A stretch of 64,000 nucleotides of DNA, taken from NCBI GenBank assembly GCA_902594405.1, contig CACJMB010000005.1, positions 11,657-75,656 of the forward strand, in the 5' to 3' direction. The notes below the pieces were generated by a model, which searched no databases, was not told the DNA's origin, and saw only the letters and a list, made by a program, of their open reading frames with translations. The stretch is from an uncultured Pelagibacteraceae bacterium (GTDB taxonomy: Bacteria; Pseudomonadota; Alphaproteobacteria; Pelagibacterales; Pelagibacteraceae). Of the stretch, positions 17,148 to 25,677 are shown piece by piece. The first letter of the stretch is position 1. Each line of letters begins with the position of its first letter. A program made the position numbers and the translations under genes.

Positions 17148-18101
17148 ATGAAAAATGAAAATAAAAATATGAGTCGAAGACAAGCAATTAAGGGAATTGG
17201 TGCAGTAGCATTAGGTACCACAGCATTAGCAGCTTCAAGTACTGCTAAAGCGAATGAAAAAAAAACAAAAAAAGAACTTGAAGGAAAAACAGCTCTGATC
17301 ACAGGTGGAGCACGTGGCATTGGTTTGGCTAGTGCTGAAGAGCTTGCAAAAGCAGGAGCAAATATCGTTCTTTTTGATGTAGCAAGTGATTTAGAGGGTG
17401 TAAATTATCCTTTGGCCACTGATTTAGATCTAGCAAATGCAAAAAGTAAAGTAGAGTCTTATGGTGTTAAATGTATTTCTTATAAAGGAGATGTAAGAGA
17501 TAGATCTGCCCTATCAGATGCTGTTGGTATGGCTGTTAAGCAGTTTGGAACATTAGATCATGTTGTAGCAAATGCAGGAGTAACACAAATTGGAATGATG
17601 GAATATTTCAGTGAAAAAGAAATTCAAACTGTAATTGATATAAATGTGACTGGAGTTGTGAAAACTATACAAGCTTCTATACCAGTTATGAGAAAACAAA
17701 ATTCTGGGGGAATAACTATTTTATCTTCAGTTTTAGGACGTATGGGTGAAGAGTGGTTTCCAGTTTATTCTGGTACCAAGTGGGCTGTAATTGGATTAGC
17801 AAAAAGTACCGCTTTAATTATGGGAAAGCATAACGTTACTTGCAATGCTATATGTCCAACTGTTGTAAAAACTAAACTCATGAACAATAAATATGTTCTA
17901 GGAGCAATGTCTCCTGAAAACCCAACATGGGAAGGTTTAGAAACGTTAATGAAACAATGGAGAAACCCTCTTCCAATGGGAGCATATAACCCTAATGAGA
18001 TTGGTGAAATGGTTAAATTCTTTGCTAGTAAAAGTGGTGAAAAAATTACTGGTGAAGTTCTAGGAGTAGCAGCAGGTTTATTTGCTCGGAATACTGCTTA
18101 A
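17148..18101 (+). CDS. SDR oxidoreductase with Tat signal peptide, resembling the mycofactocin-associated/carveol dehydrogenase SDR subfamily
   Basis: SRRQAIKG twin-arginine motif plus hydrophobic stretch and AKA cleavage site; TGGARGIG, VVANAG and YSGTK motifs; the DVASDLEGVNYPLATDLDLA insert. Confidence 0.8.
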   Translation: MKNENKNMSRRQAIKGIGAVALGTTALAASSTAKANEKKTKKELEGKTALITGGARGIGLASAEELAKAGANIVLFDVASDLEGVNYPLATDLDLANAKSKVESYGVKCISYKGDVRDRSALSDAVGMAVKQFGTLDHVVANAGVTQIGMMEYFSEKEIQTVIDINVTGVVKTIQASIPVMRKQNSGGITILSSVLGRMGEEWFPVYSGTKWAVIGLAKSTALIMGKHNVTCNAICPTVVKTKLMNNKYVLGAMSPENPTWEGLETLMKQWRNPLPMGAYNPNEIGEMVKFFASKSGEKITGEVLGVAAGLFARNTA

Positions 18102-18159
18102 ATATTCTTCCTCTCGGATCAATCTTTAAGACCCTATTTGAATTGATCTAAAAAACTAT

Positions 18160-18190
18160 AAGTCACCTTGTATTTATTATAAGGTGACTT
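18160..18190. promoter_or_regulatory. 10-bp inverted repeat AAGTCACCTT-N11-AAGGTGACTT upstream of tetR (operator or hairpin)
   Basis: Perfect inverted repeat in the SDR-TetR intergenic space. Confidence 0.55.
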
Positions 18191-18208
18191 GTTATATTTT
18201 TTTAAAAG

Positions 18209-18754
18209 ATGAGAAATTCAAATAATTCAAAAAAAATAATTTTTAATACTGCTAAAAAGCTTTTCTGGACGAAAGGTTATTCAAATGTTTCAGTTCGAGA
18301 TATTGCCAAACAATCTAAATATGACATCGCTCTTATCTCTAGGTACTTCGGCAGTAAGAAAAAGCTTTTTGAAGAAACATTAAAAGATGTTGCAGAATGG
18401 TTTGTTGATGTAAATCCAAATAATATTGTTGATTTTATGGTTGAAGGCCTAATGGAAAATTCAAATCCAAAAGATGATGTAAACCTTGTTAGAATGCTGT
18501 GTATGAATTCTGGTGATCCAGAAGTTGGACATATAGTCAAAAAATTTCATAGAGAAAAAATGAGAAAACCAGTAATTGATGGGATAAGGAAAAAAATTAA
18601 ACCTATCAATTACGATTTAATGGGTGCAATTTTAGTAGGGGTTTCTGTTGCACGAAAAACTCTCGACAATCCTATTTTAAGCAAACTGAATGATAGAGAA
18701 TATGAAAAGATATTAAGGCATTTATTTAATGCAGCGTTAAATTATAAAAACTAA
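18209..18754 (+). CDS. TetR/AcrR-family transcriptional regulator
   Basis: N-terminal HTH: IFNTAKKLFWTKGYSNVSVRDIAKQSKYDIALISRYFGSKKKLF. Confidence 0.92.
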   Translation: MRNSNNSKKIIFNTAKKLFWTKGYSNVSVRDIAKQSKYDIALISRYFGSKKKLFEETLKDVAEWFVDVNPNNIVDFMVEGLMENSNPKDDVNLVRMLCMNSGDPEVGHIVKKFHREKMRKPVIDGIRKKIKPINYDLMGAILVGVSVARKTLDNPILSKLNDREYEKILRHLFNAALNYKN

Positions 18755-18773
18755 TTATAGGATTTTATGGGAT

Positions 18774-18810
18774 ACTAGTCCCCAAACTAGAACATTTGGA
18801 GATAAAACAA
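18774..18810 (+). repeat. Repeat R3 (37 bp) ACTAGTCCCCAAACTAGAACATTTGGAGATAAAACAA
   Basis: Third copy of R, ending 13 nt before the ATG at 18824. Confidence 0.95.
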
Positions 18811-18823
18811 GAATTTAGGTTGT

Positions 18824-19051
18824 ATGAATAAAGAAAACGCAAGTAAACTCTGGAAAATTATTCAGGAAGCTGGCGATTATTTGTTGGGGCAATTACCTGA
18901 TCACCCAAATCACCCCAAAGGAAGAAACCCCTATGCTCATGTTGCTATTTGTGTGAAGAGTAAGTTTAACGCAAGTTATAAAGACATTCCTGATGAACAA
19001 TATGATGAAGTGATAAAATATATTGAGTTTTTAAAAGAAAATCCTAGTTAG
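18824..19051 (+). CDS. Small hypothetical protein, 75 aa (apparent integration target)
   Basis: Intact ORF whose first 20 codons are duplicated at 14854. Confidence 0.75.
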   Translation: MNKENASKLWKIIQEAGDYLLGQLPDHPNHPKGRNPYAHVAICVKSKFNASYKDIPDEQYDEVIKYIEFLKENPS

Positions 19052-20093
19052 CTTTAATTATATCTAACAATTCGTCAACATCACTATCTTTAGTATTCCA
19101 AGCAGCAACTAATCTTACCGCTTTACCATCTAATTCTTCTTCATTCATTTTATAACCTTCAGAATTTAGATGTTCTATTTTTTCTCTTGGAAATTTTGCA
19201 AAAACTTCATTTGCTTCTGTTGGATAAGCAATTTCAATATCATTATACTTACTTAGACCATCACTTAATTTTTTACCCATAGCATTGGCATGTTTTGCAT
19301 TTCTTAACCAAACATCATTTGAAATGTATGCATCGAGTTGAGCAGAAACAAAACGCATTTTAGATAATAAGTGCCCTGCTCTTTTCATTAAAAAAGTAAT
19401 GTCTCCAACTAATTCTTTCTTAAAAAAAATGATTGCTTCAGCTGCTAAACATCCATTTTTAGTTGCGCCAAATGACAATACATCAACCCCTGATTTCCAT
19501 GTCATTTCAGCAGGAGTAACATCTAAAGAAACCAATGCATTAGCAAATCTTGCTCCATCCATATGTAAATTTAAATTATGTTTATGAGTGATTTCTGCAA
19601 TTTTTTTGATTTCATCTAATTGGTAAACTTCACCTGTTTCACACACTTGAGTGATACTGACTGATGAAGGTTGTGTATGATGAACAATCCCTTTTCCCCC
19701 AATAGATTGATCTAACTCCTCTGCAGTTATTTTTCCCATTACCCCATTTAATGTAACTAACTTTCCTCCTCCTGTATAAAATTCAGGTGCACCACATTCA
19801 TCAGTATTTATATGGGACATCTTATGACAATAAATGTTTCCATAAGAAGGTGTCATTGTAGATAATGCTAAAGCATTAGCAGCTGTTCCTGATGCAGTAG
19901 GAAATACAATTACTTCTTTTTCAAATATTTCTGAAAACTTGTCTTGTAATTCAGTTGATATTGGGTCATTCCCATAAGGAGTACTATCTCCCTCATTGGC
20001 TTTTAAAATTGCATCTAATACTTCAGGACAAGCACCAGCAACATTATCAGAAGCGAATTTAACTCGCTCTCTTTTTATTTTAATTTTTGCCAT
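19044..20093 (-). CDS. ltaE: Low-specificity L-threonine aldolase (PLP)
   Basis: FASDN, SGTAANAL, LHMDGARFANA and the PLP-lysine motif SFGATKNG. Confidence 0.88.
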   Translation of the reverse strand: MAKIKIKRERVKFASDNVAGACPEVLDAILKANEGDSTPYGNDPISTELQDKFSEIFEKEVIVFPTASGTAANALALSTMTPSYGNIYCHKMSHINTDECGAPEFYTGGGKLVTLNGVMGKITAEELDQSIGGKGIVHHTQPSSVSITQVCETGEVYQLDEIKKIAEITHKHNLNLHMDGARFANALVSLDVTPAEMTWKSGVDVLSFGATKNGCLAAEAIIFFKKELVGDITFLMKRAGHLLSKMRFVSAQLDAYISNDVWLRNAKHANAMGKKLSDGLSKYNDIEIAYPTEANEVFAKFPREKIEHLNSEGYKMNEEELDGKAVRLVAAWNTKDSDVDELLDIIKAN

Positions 20094-20095
20094 AA

Positions 20096-21211
20096 TTATT
20101 GTTTTGGAAAGTAATCTTTAAGTTCACCCTCTCGGTAAACATCTGCAGTACAACAATGTAAACCTCCACCAAAAGCGTATGCATCTCTAAGTTCTACTGG
20201 TATAACTTCCATTCCTAATTTATCTAATTGTTCAGCTTGATATTTTTCACTTTTTTCCACACATACAGTTTTAGGATCTAAAACTAAAACATTCATTGAT
20301 AACCAAGTTGATGAATAACATAATGGTGGTGGTTCGTTATGAGCTGGTTGTGCACTGTCTACGATTTCCCAACCATTGTCTTCAAATAATTTTCTTTGTT
20401 CCTTAGGAAGTCTTCTTTGTGGGTTATTGATAATTAAACCCTCTTTAATTGGGGTAAAAGTTGCATCAATGTGAATTGGATAAGGATCACCTGGGAAGTT
20501 AACTGCATGAACTCTGTGATCTTTATAATGTCTCTTTAGCCAATCAATTCCTTTTAAATTTGTTGTAAAACCATGTTGAACAACTAAATCTTTTCCAAAT
20601 CTCAATACATCTGCTGCATCAAATAATGGTTCTTCCTCAGTGGTTACAAAATATTTTTTTTCAGTCCACTCTAATCTTTTTTGAACACCAATTTTATCTG
20701 ATAAATAATCTTTTCTGTAATCTGCATCCGTTAATCTTGGTTTTGGAGCAGACTCGTGTCTCATATTAGGATCTTGATTATAATAATCTTTTAGAAGTGG
20801 TCGGTAACATAAATATTCAAACCAACGACAACGATAACTCATTGTAGCTTCTAAAATTTCGTTTCCCACAGTTAACAAAACATCTCTTGGGGGCATGCAG
20901 CCAAACATTGTTTCTGCTTCCCAATCAGGTGTAGATGTTTTTTGATTAAAATCTATTGGTGTCGGTCGATCAACTTTAATACCTCTTTTTTCAAGCATAT
21001 TTGAAAAGTTATCTAATAATTCATTTGCTTTATCGACAGTATCTTTTGTTCTTGGACCAAACTGACCCCGCATATCACTATCTTCTGGAACTTTTGCATC
21101 TAATGCAGGCTCTGGTGCTGGTATACAAGTACCATCCGCTCTACCAACAATTACATGTTTTAACGGATCCCACTCATTCCAACTATTAACAATAGTTTTA
21201 TTCTCGCTCAT
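20096..21211 (-). CDS. Amidinotransferase (glycine/inosamine-phosphate amidinotransferase family)
   Basis: SWNEWDPLKHVIVG, PRD, FDAAD, HIDAT and GGGLHCCT, giving an intact Asp/His/Cys triad. Confidence 0.9.
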   Translation of the reverse strand: MSENKTIVNSWNEWDPLKHVIVGRADGTCIPAPEPALDAKVPEDSDMRGQFGPRTKDTVDKANELLDNFSNMLEKRGIKVDRPTPIDFNQKTSTPDWEAETMFGCMPPRDVLLTVGNEILEATMSYRCRWFEYLCYRPLLKDYYNQDPNMRHESAPKPRLTDADYRKDYLSDKIGVQKRLEWTEKKYFVTTEEEPLFDAADVLRFGKDLVVQHGFTTNLKGIDWLKRHYKDHRVHAVNFPGDPYPIHIDATFTPIKEGLIINNPQRRLPKEQRKLFEDNGWEIVDSAQPAHNEPPPLCYSSTWLSMNVLVLDPKTVCVEKSEKYQAEQLDKLGMEVIPVELRDAYAFGGGLHCCTADVYREGELKDYFPKQ

Positions 21212-21216
21212 AAAGA

Positions 21217-22434
21217 TTAGTTTTTTATAATATTATGCTCAGGCCCGAAAGGAAATTTTGTAATATTTTCTGCTCCATCTTTACCAATCACCAAAATATC
21301 ATGTTCTCTATATCCACCAGCGCCAGGATTACCCTCTGGGATCATGATCATTGGCTCCATCGACACGACCATATTTTCCTCAAGAACAGTATCAATATCT
21401 TCTCTTAATTCTAAACCAGCTTCTCTTCCATAAAAGTGTGAAAGCATACCAAATGAATGTCCGTAACCAAAAGTTCGGTACTGAAGGTAACCAAGTTCAG
21501 CAAACAATTCATTTAACTCATGACAAATATCTGAACATTTAACACCTGGTTTAATCAATTCTAATCCACGTTTGTGAACTTTAACATTTGCTTCCCAAGC
21601 TTTAAGTGAAGCATCATCAGCATGGTCCAAAAACAAAGTTCGCTCTAGTGCGGTGTAGTAACCTGAGATCATAGGAAAAGTATTTAAAGATAAAATATCT
21701 CCTTTAACTAATTTTCTATTAGTCTTTGGATTGTGAGCTCCATCTGTATTGATACCAGATTGAAACCATACCCAAGTATCCATGTACTCTGCACCTGGAT
21801 AGCTTTTAACAATCTCTCTTTCCATTCTATCTCTTGCTGCTATTGCTACTTCGATCTCTGTATTATCTTCTCTAATATTTTTAACTATTTCTTCACCACC
21901 AATGTCTGCAATTCTTGCACCATTTCTAATGATCTCTATTTCTTCGTTTGATTTAATCATTCTAAGTTTCATTAGATCCTTTGAAACATCACTAAACACA
22001 GAGAAAGTAAAAATAGACCCTATTTTTTCTCGCATATCTAACGTGACATGATCATTTTCAATTCCAATATTTTTTGGAGGTTCATCTCTTCCTATAATTG
22101 AAACAATGGCTCTTAAAAAATTATCCCTTTTCCAATCAGTGTAAATAACGTTATCACAATGAGATCTACGCCATGGTTGACTTGCATCAATGTTAGCTGA
22201 AATTGTTGAGATTTTATTTTGAGTGATCACACATCCGTATGGTCTTCCAAAAGAGCAATAAATAAATCCGGTGTAATATGCAACGTTATGCATTGAGGTT
22301 AAGATAACCATATCTAAATTATTTTTATCCATCACTGATCTAAGTTTGCTTACTCGATCGTTATATTCTTTATCGGTAAATGGTAATTTTACTTTTTCAC
22401 CGTTTTTAAGTTCAAAAAAATCTGGTCGTTCCAT
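21217..22434 (-). CDS. Creatinase (creatine amidinohydrolase, M24 fold)
   Basis: YCSFGRPYG, WFQSGINTDGAHNP, YTALERT, GHSFG and SMEP motifs. Confidence 0.88.
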   Translation of the reverse strand: MERPDFFELKNGEKVKLPFTDKEYNDRVSKLRSVMDKNNLDMVILTSMHNVAYYTGFIYCSFGRPYGCVITQNKISTISANIDASQPWRRSHCDNVIYTDWKRDNFLRAIVSIIGRDEPPKNIGIENDHVTLDMREKIGSIFTFSVFSDVSKDLMKLRMIKSNEEIEIIRNGARIADIGGEEIVKNIREDNTEIEVAIAARDRMEREIVKSYPGAEYMDTWVWFQSGINTDGAHNPKTNRKLVKGDILSLNTFPMISGYYTALERTLFLDHADDASLKAWEANVKVHKRGLELIKPGVKCSDICHELNELFAELGYLQYRTFGYGHSFGMLSHFYGREAGLELREDIDTVLEENMVVSMEPMIMIPEGNPGAGGYREHDILVIGKDGAENITKFPFGPEHNIIKN

Positions 22435-22435
22435 A

Positions 22436-23341
22436 TTAATTTAATGCTATATATCTTTTGTTCCATCTCATTATTAAACTGTAATAAAATATAGATACAA
22501 AAAGAAAAAAGCCTCCGATTATTGTATTTGTGGATGGTACTTCATTAATACCAAATAATGGCAACCAAACCCAAAAAATTCCACCTACAACTTCAGTTAA
22601 AGATAATAAAGTTAATTCTGCTGCTGGTATCGCTTTAGATCCAATTGAATATAAAATTAAACCAAAACAAACTAGTGTCCCATGCAAAGAAAATAAAGCT
22701 CCGTTATAGCTAGATGAAAAGAAAACTAAGTCTTTTGATAAAATCATAATTGTTGCAAATACAAAACAAAAGAAACCTGCAAAGGCTACTGTTGTGAATT
22801 TTGGTGTTTCTTTTCTCCATCTAAGCGTTACAGAAAAAACTGAGAAACCAATTGAGGAAGTTAAACCAAATACAAAACCAATTAATGATTTTTCACCGGT
22901 GTTTCCAAGTGCCATAATAATGATACCAACTGTTGCAATTATTATTGATATCCAAACATTGAGAGAAATTTTTTCTTTTAAAAATAAAAATGCTAATAAT
23001 GCTGTAAAAAAAGGCATTGCTGCCAAACAAAGTAAAGTAACTGCGGCGCTAGTATTTGTAATTGAATAAATGAATGTAATCATAGCGATTCCCAATCCAG
23101 ATCCACCAATTACCCCTGATAAACCTATTTTATAATAGTTTTTGTAAAAATTTTTTCCTTCCTCGAAAAATAAATAAAGATTTAATAAGATGAAAATTGT
23201 TAAACCTCTCCCAAAAATATACTGCCAAGGTGCCAATTGAGGATTATCCATGTATCGAACCACTAATGGGCCAAACGACCATAGTAGACCTGCAAAAAGT
23301 ACAACGGGAATGGCTATTCTTGGATTTCTCAACTCTAACAT
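22436..23341 (-). CDS. DMT/EamA-family transporter
   Basis: About 10 TM helices; first gene of the creatinase operon. Confidence 0.85.
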   Translation of the reverse strand: MLELRNPRIAIPVVLFAGLLWSFGPLVVRYMDNPQLAPWQYIFGRGLTIFILLNLYLFFEEGKNFYKNYYKIGLSGVIGGSGLGIAMITFIYSITNTSAAVTLLCLAAMPFFTALLAFLFLKEKISLNVWISIIIATVGIIIMALGNTGEKSLIGFVFGLTSSIGFSVFSVTLRWRKETPKFTTVAFAGFFCFVFATIMILSKDLVFFSSSYNGALFSLHGTLVCFGLILYSIGSKAIPAAELTLLSLTEVVGGIFWVWLPLFGINEVPSTNTIIGGFFLFVSIFYYSLIMRWNKRYIALN

Positions 23342-23390
23342 AATGAGAAATCTAATTCTAAATAGAATTTTCTACAACAAAAATACGTTT

Positions 23391-24635
23391 CTAAACTAAA
23401 TTTTGGTTTGAAAGGTTGGGGAAAAAGCAATCAACGATATCTCCCTTTTTAAATTTTGATTTACCCGCTGGTAACAAAACCCAAATATTTGAATTTACAA
23501 ATGATTTAATTCTAAAAGACTCTTGACCTTTTAAAATTTCAACATTTAGTTTTCCATTTTTAGTTGTGCTTAATTGACTCTTTACAAATCTTGTGAAATT
23601 CTTTTTTTTATCAAAACCATTTGTCAAAATAGCTTTAATTGATTTTTCTTCTGATAATCCTAAAGCATTTAAAATATATGGAATTACAAAAAATCTAAAA
23701 CATGCAGCTGAGGAAATTGGATTTCCAGGGAGTCCGAATATCGCCTTTTCTTTCCCTTTAATTTTTGCAAACATTATTGGTTTTCCTGGCCTTATTGCAG
23801 CACTTTTAAAGTAGCTTGATAACTTAAATTTTTTAACAACATCAGGTATAAAATCAAACTTACCTGCAGACACTGCACCTGACGTAATAATAATATCATC
23901 TTTAGATTTAATTAATTTATTTATTTTTTGTTTAAAAATATTTTGATGATTATCTCTTAATATGCTTCCACTTTTAAAATTAAATAAAAAATTTTGATTT
24001 AAGTTTTTAATATAATGTGTATTAGAATTTCTTACCATCCAATTTGGAATATTATCTTTGTCTGATATTTCGTTTCCAGTTGAAAAAAATAATATGTTAA
24101 TTCTTTTTTTTACTTTAATTTTTTTGATGCCTAAACTTTTAAAAGCTAAAATATGGTTTGGTTGAACGATTGTATTTTTTTTTATTACAACCTCTCCTTT
24201 TCTATAATCTGAACCTGCAAACCTAACGTGATCAAATTTTTTTATTTTCTGGTCGATTAAAATATATTTTTTATTAAGAGCAAAAATTATTTGTTCTATA
24301 GGAATAATTGTATCAAAACCCTTTGGTATAATTCCTCCAGTCATTATTTCGGCAGTATCAAATTTTTTTATCTTTTTTTTAAATGGTTTCATTCCTGCAG
24401 CAATTGAACCAATAATTTTAAATTTTTTTGGGAATTTTTTTTTTAATTCATTAGTATCTTTTGAATTAATTGCATAACCATCAAACGCAGCATTATTCCC
24501 TGCTGGATAATTTATTTTAGAATAAATATTGGTGGAAACTACTCTATTTAAGGAATTTATACTCTTTATAGTTTCGTCCTTAATTTTAATTTTGGCTTTT
24601 TTTAAAACTGTTTTTGATTTTTCGTAACTAATCAT
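23391..24635 (-). CDS. moeA: Molybdopterin molybdotransferase
   Basis: AFDGYA, IMTGG, STGNEI, SGAVSAG, IRPGKP and GLPGNP motifs. Confidence 0.95.
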   Translation of the reverse strand: MISYEKSKTVLKKAKIKIKDETIKSINSLNRVVSTNIYSKINYPAGNNAAFDGYAINSKDTNELKKKFPKKFKIIGSIAAGMKPFKKKIKKFDTAEIMTGGIIPKGFDTIIPIEQIIFALNKKYILIDQKIKKFDHVRFAGSDYRKGEVVIKKNTIVQPNHILAFKSLGIKKIKVKKRINILFFSTGNEISDKDNIPNWMVRNSNTHYIKNLNQNFLFNFKSGSILRDNHQNIFKQKINKLIKSKDDIIITSGAVSAGKFDFIPDVVKKFKLSSYFKSAAIRPGKPIMFAKIKGKEKAIFGLPGNPISSAACFRFFVIPYILNALGLSEEKSIKAILTNGFDKKKNFTRFVKSQLSTTKNGKLNVEILKGQESFRIKSFVNSNIWVLLPAGKSKFKKGDIVDCFFPNLSNQNLV

Positions 24636-25236
24636 TTTTGAATATTTCTTCAGCTTTTTTTAAATCTTCTTTTGTATTTATATTAAAGAAAGGATCATTA
24701 TTTGAAAACTCCATATTAATTATTTTTACCCCAGTATTATTAGCCCACAACTCTACTTTTCTTTCTCCATTTTTTAGATCCTTCTCTAACTTATCTAATA
24801 AATTAATCGACCATAAGCCAAATATATTATGTCGTGTGTTGTTTGACTTAATAAAAAATAAATCACTTTCATTGAAATTAATATTTTGAATAAAATCTTT
24901 TAATATTTGTCTCTTAAAAAAGGGTGTATCAACAGGGAAAGTTGCTATCCATTTGTAGTCTTTTTGATTTTCTTTTATCCATTTCATAGCTGAAAAAACT
25001 CCACCTAACGGACCAAGACCTTTTTCATAATCCTCGATTATTGAAATTTTTTCTGAGTTATGAAAACTAATTTTATTATTTGATACTATTAAGAGTTCTT
25101 TGAATTCATCAATAATTTCAGTCAACATGTGATCAATTAACAATTTACCAGCTAACTTTACTTGGGATTTATCTTCTCCAAACCTTTGTGACTTACCGCC
25201 TGCTAGCACAGTGCCTAAAATGTTGTTATGATCCAT
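24628..25236 (-). CDS. mobA: Molybdenum cofactor guanylyltransferase
   Basis: LAGGKSQRFGEDK, GPLGG, PVDTP and FFNINTKEDL motifs. Confidence 0.95.
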   Translation of the reverse strand: MDHNNILGTVLAGGKSQRFGEDKSQVKLAGKLLIDHMLTEIIDEFKELLIVSNNKISFHNSEKISIIEDYEKGLGPLGGVFSAMKWIKENQKDYKWIATFPVDTPFFKRQILKDFIQNINFNESDLFFIKSNNTRHNIFGLWSINLLDKLEKDLKNGERKVELWANNTGVKIINMEFSNNDPFFNINTKEDLKKAEEIFKND

Positions 25237-25278
25237 CTATAAAATATAAAACATTCAAAGTTGAATTAAAGAAATTAA

Positions 25279-25677
25279 ATGGATTTAAGAATTTTAGAAA
25301 TAGCAGCCCATACTGAAAATAATAAAGTTGTTGAAAACTATACTCATAAGTCAAAACACAAAAATCCATTATGTGGTGATGAGATGGAAATAAGCTTAAT
25401 TGTTAAAGAAGATGTTGTAAAAGATATGGGTTATCAGTGTAAATCGTGTGTTTATTGTCAAGCATCAGTCAGTCTATTATCCAGAAAAATTAAGGAAAAA
25501 AAAGTTGATGATGTTAAAAAATTTATAAAAGTTGGTGAGCAACTTTTTGAGGATGCAAAAGTAAGTATGGAAAAACATTGGAAAGATTTTAAAGAAATTT
25601 TAGATAAAAAAAATCTTTCAAGGAAAGAATGTTTGCTTTTACCTTTAAGAACTATTGCGAAAGCATTAAAGATATAA
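25279..25677 (+). CDS. IscU/SufU (NifU N-terminal)-like protein
   Basis: NPLCGD, CKSCVYCQAS and RKECLLLP motifs. Confidence 0.75.
   Translation: MDLRILEIAAHTENNKVVENYTHKSKHKNPLCGDEMEISLIVKEDVVKDMGYQCKSCVYCQASVSLLSRKIKEKKVDDVKKFIKVGEQLFEDAKVSMEKHWKDFKEILDKKNLSRKECLLLPLRTIAKALKI

Larger units (their letters stand above)
14851..18883. mobile_element. Putative integrated accessory island or cassette array bounded by a 63-bp target duplication; no integrase gene inside
   Basis: Direct-repeat boundaries, three internal R repeats and orphan/accessory cargo. Mobility is inferred. Confidence 0.65.

Noticed and set aside
18117-18148. GATCAAT...ATTGATC inverted repeat after the SDR
   Set aside because: A 7-bp weak stem with an 18-nt loop and no U tract is not a convincing terminator.
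18790-18804. R as a LexA box (GAAC-N7-GATA)
   Set aside because: Only one half-site matches the GAAC-N7-GAAC/GTAC consensus seen at recA. It remains a weak alternative.
15031-18810. R repeats as a CRISPR array
   Set aside because: The repeat length is CRISPR-like, but the spacers are 1.7-1.9 kb and contain whole genes, and there are no cas genes.
14375-19051. Integrase or transposase within the island
   Set aside because: No ORF shows tyrosine recombinase (R-H-x-x-R-Y), serine recombinase or DDE motifs.
23354-23369. AATTCTA-AA-TAGAATT palindrome upstream of the creatinase operon
   Set aside because: It is short and almost all A/T in an AT-rich genome, so it is plausible by chance and cannot be called an operator or terminator.
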